Shown here one piece after another: positions 26,153 through 39,200 of a stretch of 64,000 bases of DNA (its first letter is position 1; every line of letters begins with the position of its first letter). Made by a program: the position numbers and the translations under genes. Where the stretch lies: NCBI GenBank assembly GCA_030141605.1, contig JAQGDQ010000496.1, forward strand, positions 62,001 through 126,000. Direction: 5' to 3'. The stretch comes from Tubiluchus corallicola. Lineage: Eukaryota; Animalia; Priapulida. The notes under the pieces were generated by a model. It ran no database searches. It was not told where the DNA came from and worked only from the letters and a program-made list of their open reading frames with translations.

Positions 26153-27991
26153 TTTGAAGGCAAACTCATAACATCACAGCAGAAATTTTCAAAAAGTCCT
26201 GCAAATACTTAAGACAAACAGAGTAAGATAATAACATAACAATAAAAAGTGAACATTTACTTAATGATGAGGAGCAACATAAGAACACAAGACTTGCAAA
26301 ACAGTGTGCTAGACCTGTAGAATAAAGTGACCTAAACACCACAAACGACTCAGCAAAGATGCATATTCGTGCAATCATTTCTCAGTGGATGCACTGTGCG
26401 TGTGTTTGCGTGTAGCTATTTATTGAAATGGGAGCCTGCTTCATGGCCAAATCTTTGCTTAAAAATAAATAATTATTGACTGACTCCCATTTGTTTTGAT
26501 TAATTTATTTAAAAAATGTCCAGCACTAATGGCAGTTCCACACCTGCTGCACTGCAGTTCAGGATGAAAGCGCCCAGTTATTATAATTAAGCAATCAGTT
26601 GTGAAATTTGATATGAAAAACTTACACACTCGCATGCATGCACTAAAATCACTGTCTGCATTCATTGCGAAAATAAGTCTGTCGGGGCCTTCTGAAACCG
26701 ACAGTGGAAGTCAAAGAAATAATAATGGAGGCAGAATTTTCTCCTTTAGCATTTTATTAAAAGAGCAGAATCAGTGAATTACTGGCACGTATTATTCTTC
26801 AGAAAACAAGGCAATTTACAGGTGTTACATGCATAAATACCCTGTTGTATTTATTGATTAGTTCTCCAATTGTTTTGCAACCCTATTGATGGGACACCCA
26901 GGAAAGCACATATTCATTGTATAGACAATGTTTGAGATGAGCTTAGCAAATACAATGACTTTGCGTAAATTCCCTAAAATACACTGAATTCAGCGATATA
27001 CCAAGTTAAAAATACCAGGTTTTGCGATTACTTAAAGCATCAAGGCGAGTAGAAATGTAACAGAATCTCTTCTTAAATGTAAGTATTACAACAGTTGTTA
27101 GGAAACGTTTTAAATACCCCACCAGCATCCCAAACAGAACAGCAGAAACCGATGCATTTTGTTTATTACTGTAGGTAGGTTTTAAGAGCAGATTACTCAT
27201 AAGTAAAATTTAAAAATCACTCTAATAATATTTTTGTATGTTCTAATTTAAATAAGTTTAACAACAAATTTGTTTGAATTCCATTAAGTTTTAATATTCA
27301 TTAATGTACTGTTTTGTTGAACAACTGCGTAGTTCAACCATAACATGAAAGGAAGGCTAAGTTAGTGTTGCAATTTTGAATGTACACGTAACCGAAACGA
27401 ATGACCAAAATGTTTAAAAAAAGACAAATTGAGCCTAGAGTATTTACTAAATAAGTAACGAGTACAACATCTCTATTGTTCTTGCAGATTAGAGCATGTT
27501 GTATCTTTTGTTGTAAAATCGTGTATTGTCAAACTTGTAATGATTCATTGCAAAGTTTCATCTCCAGATGATAAGTACTTTTTAGGAGTATGCCTAATAA
27601 TTGATGTTATAGACGTACATTGCCCTCACACATTTTTTTCTATAAAAATATTTTCAATATTGGCTAGTTTGTACTGCATGTGTGAAATAAACATATCTTA
27701 TATTTGAGTTGCAAATCTTACTGATTGGTAAATTAGCACGAGTGTTTTAATGCATTGACTAGCTTACAAGTTACAGTTACACTGCGGAGACTCGTACCAG
27801 TTATAACTACTTTGTAAATCCACTTTAAATAAATAAACTTAAGATTATATTATATAAAACAGTTTTTCTCGATCACGCAGACAAGCAAAAATTGTAGCAG
27901 ACAAATTTTGAATTTTGTGCGCTGGGTTTAAGAGACGACAACACAAAGACAGTAATAACGTCAACAGAAGAGATGTCCTACTGTCTTTTAC

Positions 27992-28160
27992 CTTTGGATT
28001 CTTTTTTTGAACTTTGCCATCGCCGTTAAATGCCTCCTATTATATTTCGATTTATATCATAATTCACTTCAAGTTTAATGTTACAAAATGAGTTTTACAT
28101 TATCGCATCATTTCACTAACAGTTTTACACAGCATGGCACAATAGGAAATCTTTGACCAG
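27992..28160 (-). other. Probable 5' UTR exon of the NCS-1 gene
   Basis: Donor CAAAG|GTAAAA at 27992/27991 pairs with acceptor TTTGCAG| before 26198, 46 nt upstream of the ATG. A CpG-richer patch lies at ~28160-28190. The 5' boundary is approximate. Confidence 0.45.
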
Positions 28161-28223
28161 TTACGCGTGGCGGCCGAGGCCTAATCCGCGATTTTATGCT
28201 AAAGAAGCTTATTTTTTGTATGA

Positions 28224-28578
28224 TAGAGCATCGAACTTTCGAGTTCGAACGTTCGAAGTTGATTCGAACCTAAAATTATAGATTCGAATAATTCAGCACT
28301 TCAACCACATACGTTCTTTATCATTAAAACGTTTGAAATATCATACAATTAGCCCATTTTAGTAGCGATTTCTGTAGTAGTAATTTTTACACAAATTATT
28401 AGTGGTTTTATTGCACAACAAAATCGAGCAATATGCATGATCCTTATAAGACTGCTTTTTACTGGTGGTTCGAAAATCTTTCAAACTCAATTTGAATTCG
28501 AAATACTAAAATTCGGTATGACTAACATTCGAAAGTCACAAATTCGATTCAATTTCTGGCAGAGAATACTCACCCCTA
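28224..28578. mobile_element. hAT-type MITE with TTCGAA subterminal repeats
   Basis: Begins TAGAG..., ends ...CACCCCTA. Dense TTCGAA/TCGAA motifs cluster near both ends. Confidence 0.5.
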
Positions 28579-30238
28579 ACCAATACCCACCCTGTATTGT
28601 GAGATTCGCGACAGTGACTACAATTACTTTTGCGTTGATATCTGAATTTCAATCTTTCTTTGAAAAATAACATAGGCAGATTATTTTGTTTATAGTTCTA
28701 GACATTTAACTAGAATTTTGACTAATCACTCACCTGTAGCAGAAATGTATTGCACGTTTTTTTGCTATGCTATCTGTTTGCTAGACTGATCAATTGATTA
28801 ACTACAGTTGTGTATGGTAGTCATAAATTTTCTGTTCTGGCACTGCTTAAGTCTTTTTTGCTTTTTTCTTTACATTAATATGTTTCATGCAGAATGAGAT
28901 ACATAACTATGGTCATATAATTACATTCATTACCAACATAATTGTGTTTATTAACAATAACAGGATTCTTTATTCTGCTTAAAATGCTGCTGCAGCCCAT
29001 AAATGATTCTTGACATCAGCAACAAAAAAACTACAGCTTTCTGATAACTTCAGACACAGATTTGTACACAGTGTCTCGTAACAAAAAACAACGTTTTAAG
29101 ATGACATGGAAAGTAGGGATGCCTCGAAATCAAAACAAAAATTAGGCCACTTATTTCACAGATTAATCACCATATTACACAACAATCGAAGAATATCGTT
29201 TGAGGCATTTTTAAAATCTTAATGAAACAAGAACAATATGGCAATTACTTTTTACACCAAATTGTGGAACTGTTTGGCAACCAAATTGGCTAAAATTAGT
29301 AAAGATAGCTACTGCCCCCTAAAAACAAAAATAATATCATACAATCTTACGTTTCTATGAATTGAATTTAACCACAAGTTTGCCAAGTGATTACATACCA
29401 GAACCAATAATTTTTGTATAAAAGAAGACTTATATAAAAATATAGATTCATATTTATATGCTATATTATCAAAGCACAGCAGATTATAACATAATTCATG
29501 GCTTCACTATTTTAATCATAACTTCTTTAGATAAAACACAAACACAGTGGATATAATCTGTAAATTCATCTGGACATAAGACACTTTCACTTTATCCATT
29601 ACATAAATGAATTTATAACAATGAGGATCCATTTCGAGAAGCTTTAGCATAAGAAACTTGCGATTACATGCTAACTTATGTTCACCAAAGCATTACTACC
29701 TCTGTAAAATACTTTCTCCAGCCAATTTCCATACGTTGATAGCACGTCAGGACTCGCTGCTACCAGCAGCATGCAAGTGAGCATAACGAAAAAGAATCTA
29801 ATGCTTTTGAAACACGTGCGTGCATAGGATAATTCAATCAAGGGTGCAGCTGCACAGCAACAAATATTAAGCAAATGAACTTAATGTAATTTAGCATGTG
29901 CTTGTGTACATTACTGGACCAGTTTGCTATATGGAAGAGATTGATTTGCTGCTCAACTAATATTTGTTAGGGATATTCCTAACAAAACCAAATGCAGACA
30001 GCAGAAATAGATACATTAAAAAATACAATTTATTTTAGTGTTCAAGCAAGTAATTATACTTTCAAAGATGAATAATAATGTCATTTCAGCAATTACTATT
30101 CAACTGAGCAATTACCAGTCATATCTGAGCTAGTTATCATTGCAGAACGGTATAAAAGATTATGGCACATCAAGATATGATGTAAAAATTAGCTTGCATT
30201 GTTATCACGAATACAGCAGGCATCGTAGAAAGCTCTAA

Positions 30239-33200
30239 TCACTTTAACCAATCTAAGTCATCATCATCGTCATCATCACCAAACAGCGGTGGTGGTTGCT
30301 TAAAGTGATAATTCTGTTAAAAAATGCAACGAAGAGATTAATATCGCACCAACAAGTTTATATTTGCAGATTTTTCCCATACAGGAATGTTTATTAACTT
30401 CATGCTCATTAATCATTAGGGTGCAGATATAAGTATTCCATAGGAACTTGTGCAGAATTTCGTGTAATTATTTAAGAAAGTGCTAAACAATTTTTCTAGA
30501 GATATGGAAGATAACCATAAATTACTCACAACTTCATTATCGTTCGTTGATTCCACTGAACCTACATGCTCATGAGAGGGGCTCCGTGAAGCAGATGGCT
30601 TAGCCGATGAACCTCCAAATAATAAAGAACCCAGCTCAGCATCATCGTCATCGTTGCCGTCATCACTCCCAAACAACCTTATGATACACAAAACATACAT
30701 TTAGCCTAGCGAGAAGTATCAGAAATTATGATAAATTAAAATCACAATGATATAAGATAACAATTAATAAAAAAATAAGAATACCTGTTTAATTCTTTCA
30801 AAACGTAACACACAGCTACAATTTCAAACAACCCCTTCTCCTCAGCTTATTAGACAGTGACATTTCTTCTTTAGCACTACTATTTAAAACATAAACAGGA
30901 AACAGCTAGCTGATCACAGTGTTGTGTTTGCTTAGCAACAGAAGTTAAGCAATTCAGAGCTCTGTCAGCAAATGGATGGGGGACTGCCACAGGAAACAGC
31001 TTCTGAATGGTTTTATCTACCACACTGATCTTCTTAAAAGGATGTATATGAATCCCAATACATTTACTAGGTCTGTCAGCAAGTGCTATATGCCAGCTTG
31101 CTGTCTACTAAGCTGCTAAGAATGAGGTGCTTTGAGCTACATTTCTGGTTTTACAGAAAAACCCATTTTCACAAAAAAAAACAATATCTGTGCCAACAGT
31201 CAGGTATACCGAGATCAAATCAACGTCACCAATATATAATATTCCTTTATTTGCAATTTATAATTATTTACTCCCTACCCTCTAATGAAACCAAGTCATG
31301 TTGCACTACAAATGATTAATCCTCCATTTTCATAGTAACAGTTGGACTGTGAAAAGGTAACTCCTGGTGGAAACTTCTATAACTTCTGTAGTCACTGTAG
31401 AGTTAATATATTTCAAGCATATTGTGAAATCTAGTCATGTTACTCTGCTAATAAGAATCTTCCATTCTCAAGGGCTTCGGTTAAGGGACACTGAAATTGT
31501 TATTCATCTTGTTATTCATCGATAACTTACCTTTCACTAATAGAACTGGTTTTACTATCTCCTATTTGTTGGGGGGTTACATCGGGTAATATGTCCATCT
31601 GCTCTTCTTCATCATTTTGCAATGCTGAGATGCTGTCGTCAAAGCACTCCTGATTAATAGGTTGTAACATAAATTAACGGTATTAAATACATCAATATGA
31701 TAAAAAAATTTAATTTTGTAATACTGCCAAGCCTGAAACAATACTTCCTGACAGAACGCTAACAGCTTATTGGGATAATAGTGAAAAATTACTAAATGAC
31801 TAAGCAAACTCGAATATAACTGTGTCTAGACAAATATGCAAGATTTGGCAGTGGTGATTTTTTTATGTGTTTCACAGTTTACATTTATAAATTTTGCGAC
31901 TGTTAAGAGTAAGAATAAACTAACTATTTATGGTAAATTTTACAGGTGGTAGATATGCAATTTGCATACAATTGCAAACACACTAATTTTTTATGCCAAC
32001 TATTTTAACGAAATTAAAATGTTAAACTTTGGTTTTCGTGGTTGCATCATTTGTTAAAGATGTTACTTGGTTTCACGACATACTGTTTTTTCCCATATCA
32101 ACTAATAGGCCTACTGTACTTTCTCACCGTACTTTTGTAGGTCTACCAAAGTCACACTGTATATGTAACAACATAAAAACCTAGTGACAATATGTTGAAA
32201 CTTACCATAAAACAGTGTGACCTGAAATGCATCCTACTTATCGAGGAAGGCGCCAAAGTGATTTGGAATGAATGTAGTTATTTAAATATGGCGACAAAGT
32301 GACCCAAAATGCATCATACTTATCAGGGAAGGTACTAGGAATGATTTGAAATAAATTTTGATTATCTATATATGGTGACAGAGTGACATGAAATGAATCC
32401 TATTTATCGAACCATATTTTTTTAATTTTAAAAATGGCAATACATTGTAATGCGGCAAAATGTTCCATAAAATCACCTTTTCTACCACTTCTCTTCTCCT
32501 TGTTGATGTAACATGTTTACACTCGTTTTGAAAATTTCCGCATTTTTCTAAATAAATGACTTTGCAGTTAATAGGTACAAGTTATCCGCACTGCCGATGG
32601 TTGCCTCTCTGCAACTCTATCTTTGACAACAATCTGTCTAAGCTATGCCCATTTCATTTCTAATAGTGTTGATTTTCACTTTTTTTTACAATAAAAAACA
32701 AAATCTCAGTGCCTAAAGCAAGGCCAGAAATTTGTTAATAAGATGAAGCATCCATCAAGTGAGAAAAAATTGGGAGAAACCATTAAAGCAAACTAAAGAC
32801 AAATGGAGACTTGGGGATTAATTTGGTAAGGATAACATTAATAAAAAAATTATATTCATTTCTATATCTCTTTCAATCTGCTGAATTATGATAATGATTA
32901 ACTCTTTACTGATACGAACTTCTTAAAACTGCGCTAAGCAGTTGTGAAGTGCATTACTTAGTTTGCACTGTTAATAACGCAAAATAAAATGCTGATATAA
33001 AGCATAAACACCTGTTTAAGATCTTCAGGAGGTTGGTGACTTGAGCTTGAAGAAGCGACTTGCGGTTCTTCTGTAGTTTCTTCTGTCGCAGATACATAAG
33101 AATCTATTGTTTCGTTTGGATGCAGTGGTACCTTTTCTTCACCTGCTTGGTCAATTTCTGAACTGACATGTTCAGCATCAGGTGACATGCGGGCTTCAAG

Positions 33201-36200
33201 ATTAGTCTGCTTAGTTTTTAGCTCGTCTTCATTTTCGTCTGTTCCCGTGGATGGTACTAACTCGTCAGTTGGGTCAGTTTCACGACAGATTTCGGATGTT
33301 ATGTTATCACTGCCTAGTTCACCAGATGCTGATGATCCTGTTTGCTTTGACTGAAAATGATTTACATCTTCTATAAGACTAGGTACTTCATTAACATCAC
33401 CAGTTAAATTTTCTATTTTTGGCATCGATGCATTTTCTGAAATTTGACCTCCGCTGTCTTCTTGAATTCTAGTGTTAGTATTTAAGTCTTCATCTGGCTT
33501 TCCGAATTGAGCCATATCAGATGTAGGCATTTTGTCGAAAATGTGTGAGTTATCACTGGCTTCTCCATTTTCAGTTGGCTGGACAATGCATAATGAATCA
33601 ACTGGCAAATCTGCATTGCTCGACAGACTCAACTCACTGTTTTCAGCTTCTATAGCATTGTCTAAGTTTTCAGTTTCTGTAACAGGTACGGCAAGTGAAG
33701 AATCATTTGCAGCTTTTATTGAATCACAGACAATATTTTCTGAAGATGAGACTGACAGTTCTTTTCCTTCCTCTTTACTTTTGTTTTGTACATCACAGTC
33801 TTTGTCAGCATCAGCGGCCAAGGCTACATGATGCTTTTGAACACTTGCATCTTCCTTCTTTATATTTACCTCCTGAGGGGAAATTTCACTTTGTCCTAAA
33901 GGGCAGATGTCGTCATCAGCTTGATCACTAGGTGTGGAAACACCACTTCCACTTCCTGTAGATATCGGTGAACGAACGTTTTCCACTGGTTTCTCTGTTG
34001 TGACAGATGTATGTGCATTGTTGGCTGATGAAGACTGCTGCAACATTTGCATGGTAACCGTCTGTGAAAATCAAAGGTGCAACAAAAATTAATTGTGTGA
34101 CCAATGATGAAACTAAGCATGCATAAAAACAGAGGAGACTCGAATGTATTGACAGCTAAAAAATTCAGTTTGTAAAAGACACACAACTACAAAGTAGTTT
34201 TTATTGCATACATTAAACATTAAAAGATCTAACAAACCACCTCTAAAAGAAATTAGTGAAACACCAAAGAAGACAAGGTTACCAGACATATCTAGAAGCC
34301 CAGGACCTTGTCATGTATTTTATTGCACAAAGTTTTTCAGATATGTCAAAGCACGTGAGTTTTTTCATGGCAGCCGGATAAGTAATATCTAAAGCACACA
34401 TCTAACTGCGGATAGAAAACTCGCAATTCATAAAAGTGAATTTTAGAATCAGTATGTTTAACCTTGATTGTTTTCAGGAGCATAGAATGCACGGTGGCGC
34501 CAACGTATTGTTGCTCTGAACTAAACTCGCCACATGTGATATGGTAAACAGAATTCATCACCTTTTTTACCTGAAATGAATGTCATATTAATAATCAGTA
34601 TCTCATTTTGCAATCATCATCAACTTCTCCTTACAACTGGTGATATTGCAAAATGACATCAACTGGAAATAAAAACTTCATTGGTCATGGGTCATTTCAC
34701 ATTACATCTTGCAGTCATCATCAACATGCTTCATTGAATTTAAAAAAAGCCAAGACAAAAACTGTGGTGGTAAATAAATGTGAAATAAAGAATAGGTTTG
34801 AATTTAATGTATTCACTAACATGAAAACAGAGTTTTTTAGTATGTTTAAATAAGGTTCAGTACTGAATGAGGCATACAACACGAATAAAATGCATACCTG
34901 CCGTAAGACGTTTTCACTGCCAAAATTCTCGAACTGACGTTGTAGCTCAACTGTGGTATTCTCAGCCTCCAAAGCTTGCTGTCTCCAAGACTCTGCCTCA
35001 GTTTCTGCTGCCATCAGCTTTTCTTTCAGCAACTTATAATCTCCGCCATCACAATTTACGTCTTGCTGTGGAATTGTTTCTTCTCTAGGAAAGTCACTTT
35101 TGTATTTTTCACGTTCGAGCTCTAACTTTGATTTTTCGTCTTCTAGAATTTGTATTTGTCTACGGAAGTGTAACAGTTTTTCTTCCATTACAGCTGACTC
35201 ATCATCCAATTTTTGCTTCAGTCTCACTACCTCATTCTCCGCCAATTGTCTGGCTTCTGTTATACTATCCACCTCTCCCGATCTTCCAGACAATTCCTTT
35301 TGTAGTTCAGTAATATCATCATGCATTTTTGTCACACTTGTCTCTGAGCTTCTCACATTGTTTTCAGCTTTTTCTAGATCAATTTTCAGTGACTCAATTT
35401 CCCTCTTAGCTGCCAGCAATTTTTCAGACGTTTCTGTTTTTGTTGCTGCTAACGTTTCACTCAATCTTGCTGCTTCCTCTTCTGCAGCTCGCAACTTGCC
35501 TTCGCTGACTTCTGCTATTTGCTGCAAATTTGAGCTGTTCTTGCTTCTGTCTAAAAACAGAGTTCTATATTATACCTTAGCTTTTAATACAAACAGTAAT
35601 TTCTATTCCAGAATGATGCACCAACAAGAATTTTCCAGTCAGCAGTATAACAAGATTGTTTACTTCATAAATCTGCTTTACATAGGTGCTATATTTGTGT
35701 GCTTGCAAACCTTAATTGTCCATAAGTCGGCATCGTTAAAACTACATTAAAATGCTTCAAAGTAGAATGCACCAAATTTTGCTCAAACGTCAATTTTTTG
35801 TTTTTTGTAAAAACAAATGCTAAATATAATGAACTTTCACATTCTACCATCAAACTGTCAAGAAAATGCTTAAAAAATACAAATGCTAATCTAATTTTAT
35901 AACCCCAGACTCACTTTTCTCTCTAGAAACTAGCACTACAATTGAGAAAACTCATGGGAGCAATCATTATGCTTCGGGTTCTTTCTGTCACCAAGCCTAG
36001 ATCTTCGCTTGATCCTTGACATCAATGTGTTCTTGCAAATCCACATTTGTTGCTAAGTGTTTTGTAGAAACACGACAAAAAAGAATGGCTAACTTTGACA
36101 ACGATTTTCTCAATTTACGTTTTTCAGTGTGTAGCGTGCACCTCAACTTCACAGTGGATTATCTTAGTTTAGAAATAACATAGAGTGATGAGCTTGGCAT

Positions 36201-39200
36201 CAAAATTATCCTCATGAAATGGAGATTCAGGATACACGAATAATTAGAAAAGGTAAATTGCCAACTTATGGACGATTTTGCTACGCAAGCACACATTTAA
36301 TGACGTTAACCTATACATTTTCGCAGTCACTTCTACAAATAAAGCTCAGTTAATTCAGTTGCACTTTTTTCTTCCTCGTAACTTTTATACTAGCATGTTT
36401 CATTGAATATTTGAACAACCTTTACAGATGATTTATAAACTTAACTAAGACATAAATTACCTTCAAGCTGAACCTCCAGAGAACCAATCAGCTGATTTCG
36501 ACCGGACAATTCACTCTGGACTGTCTGCAGCTTCTCTTCTAATTTAGCTGTTGTTTGCTGTTCTTGTTTTAACTGTGCTTGCAATACATCAGCACGTGAT
36601 ATGGCTTCAGTACAGTCTTTCATTATTTTAAGCTGTTTCATACAAAATCTTATTCAACACAAAATTCAATGTCATTTGGTATAATTTTGATGCACTCACT
36701 TTTAGGTAACAATTGGCTTATAGGTTTAAAAAACTGACCAGAAAAAATTAGAGAAACTAGACGTAGCTAGTCAACAGAGCAAGAGGAATACATTAGTGGT
36801 TATGTGACCTGGTCTGCAAATTTGAACATGGGAGGACTCGGTAAGTAAATGGATGCGTGACTGGTGGAAAAATTGCGTCCGAGTGATTTTGTCTAGGTTA
36901 TTCACTCCTTTATGTGTATCTGAATGGAACTACACACCTTTATCCATTCAGCATCATACATTAGAAGATTATCCTTAATAACAAGTTGGCTGTAGTTTCA
37001 CCAAAACCATCTACATTAAGTTAAGTCCTGCCATTGAGTGATGGATCCAAACTTGTAAAACGTGCGCAAAAAATGGCCGCACAATTCCTGCACTTGGAGA
37101 ATTAGTAAATAAACTGCACTTCTAAGTTTCCAACTACACGTCAATGTTGTTAACGGACAAAACACATACCAAAAACTCTCCATCAAATTCCTATAAATTG
37201 TACTATGATGTGTTTAGTTGTATTTTTTAATGAATGTTAACAATTTTATAAAGTCATAATGCATGATACCTTTTCTTCCTGGAATGTTATCATGTGATGG
37301 TGAGATTGTTCATTAGAACTCATGAACAGCTTGTTTTTCTGTTCCATCAAAGCATGACTATTTTCCAACAACCTAAAATATTGATGTACAATATCGATGA
37401 CATTTAATTTAGTAACATCGTAAAGCAATGAATGATTATTTTTTATTTCTTGATTCAATTTTTTCCTTTATGGAAAAAGATTAAAGCAAATTATAGTACA
37501 AATTGTGGCAGAGGAAACACTAGCATGTGCCATCTTCTGGAAAATGCACTTTTCAGTAGCATTGATGACAGATAAAAAGTAAAGTACTTGATTTGTAGCA
37601 GAAGCTTTCAAAATATTATTATGCTCTGGATCAAAGAATTAACAAGTGCGACAAAAACTGTAGTAACCCCATAAAAGCGCTTCAAATAACTAAACAAATC
37701 AAATTTCAAATTTTATCAATATCAAAATTTTAAAATCACACTAGGTCACAATAACAAAATTGCTACATTACAGTACAGTTTGCAAATTTAATGCCAGTTC
37801 TCCCAAAAATTCCGGTAAATGTGTCCGAGGACAGGCAGAAGTCATCTGTACACCAATCCCCATTTAGGAGTTTTTATTAAAATGACCTGAATAAGGAATT
37901 TACTGTATAAGAAAATATATGCTATGTAACATTGTGAAGTTACCAAATTGCTGTACAAAATTAATGTTGTATCAGATTCTCCATGCAGGGGACAGGCAAA
38001 TTTTTCTGGGGACAGGCAGATTTTTTTAGCTGCCCATCCAAATTTAAGTAGAAAAAATGGTTAAATTTGCACCTTACAGTAAGTTTACTTCTACTTGTAT
38101 TTCTAATTCTAAAATAGTTACTTATGGTTCTTTTCTATCAAACTTGATATTTTCTCATTCAGTTTTTCTATCTGCTGGCTTTTCTCTACACTATCTGTCT
38201 TCAGTTTCTCATTTTCCTAAAATAAAAAATATCTCATTATTTAATCATATAAAATACATTAATAGCAAACGTCACTTAATTAACATAGCTGCTTTTTCCA
38301 TTCTTAATTATGGAAGTTTCTTTTTAAAGAATAAAGAATCACTGACAAACAATCTCAAGTAAATGCAATTACTGTTTTTCCTTTTCATTTCTTACTTAAA
38401 ATATACATTGAAATACATAAACTAAATCAAAACTGATTTCTTAGTCTCGTAGCATATTTACCTGCACTAATCGTTGTATACCTGAGATCAAAACTACCGT
38501 GTCCACGTCACGGACAGGAGGCAATCCATAACTTACAACAGCTGATTGATTTTGTGAAGCTGTTTCTGATTGGACTTTGTCAAGCTACAATAATAAAAAG
38601 TAGTTATGAATAACAAACAGCTGCAATTAATGTAAAAATTTGTACTCATTAGTTTTCTTCCCAAAAAGGCACTTCCAGCATCTGCTATTCAACACAGATT
38701 GTAATACAAAACTACATCACAGCAACTTAAACTGTCAACAAGTAAATTCAAACTGGAATTCAAACTGATAAAGGCTATTGAGCTCACAAAAACCATTCTA
38801 GTAATGAGTAGCATAGATGCTAGCATAGATGCTTTGTAAAATTACATAATTTTACTCGACTGAAATGGCTTGTTGAGGAAAATTTGCTTACATAAATACA
38901 AAAGTGCTAAAGCAAGTCCAAAGGTGACATTCTTTTTATACCTGCACAAAAGTAATATTTCTTTTTCTATGTTACAATTATTGGACATAGTCAGTGTCAA
39001 ACAATGTTTCTAATTTACACTGTTACACAAAATTTAAGCGTACTACTAGAGATTCTTATAGTTTTCATACAGGTTTCGACAAGTTTTTACAAAATTTGCA
39101 AGTCTCCACTTGCAAATTCTTCACTTTCGATGAAACATGAAACAAAGTCATAGGGACCTAGAAATGAACACAGTTATGGTCCTTTCTCAAACACGATTTA

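Noticed and set aside
32477-32633. Two possible extra FKBP15 cassette exons (32592-32633 and 32477-32547)
   Set aside because: The first has a purine-rich acceptor and a weak donor; the second contains an in-frame stop in the required phase.
32958-33011. Hydrophobic read-through tail VFMLYISILFCVINSAN after FKBP15 exon 20 (tail-anchored isoform?)
   Set aside because: T-rich intron starts routinely translate as hydrophobic (the same happens after exon 18), and a phase-compatible downstream exon exists.
35100-35750. 216-aa plus-strand ORF (also 33532-33831 and similar)
   Set aside because: Antisense shadows of FKBP15 coding exons.
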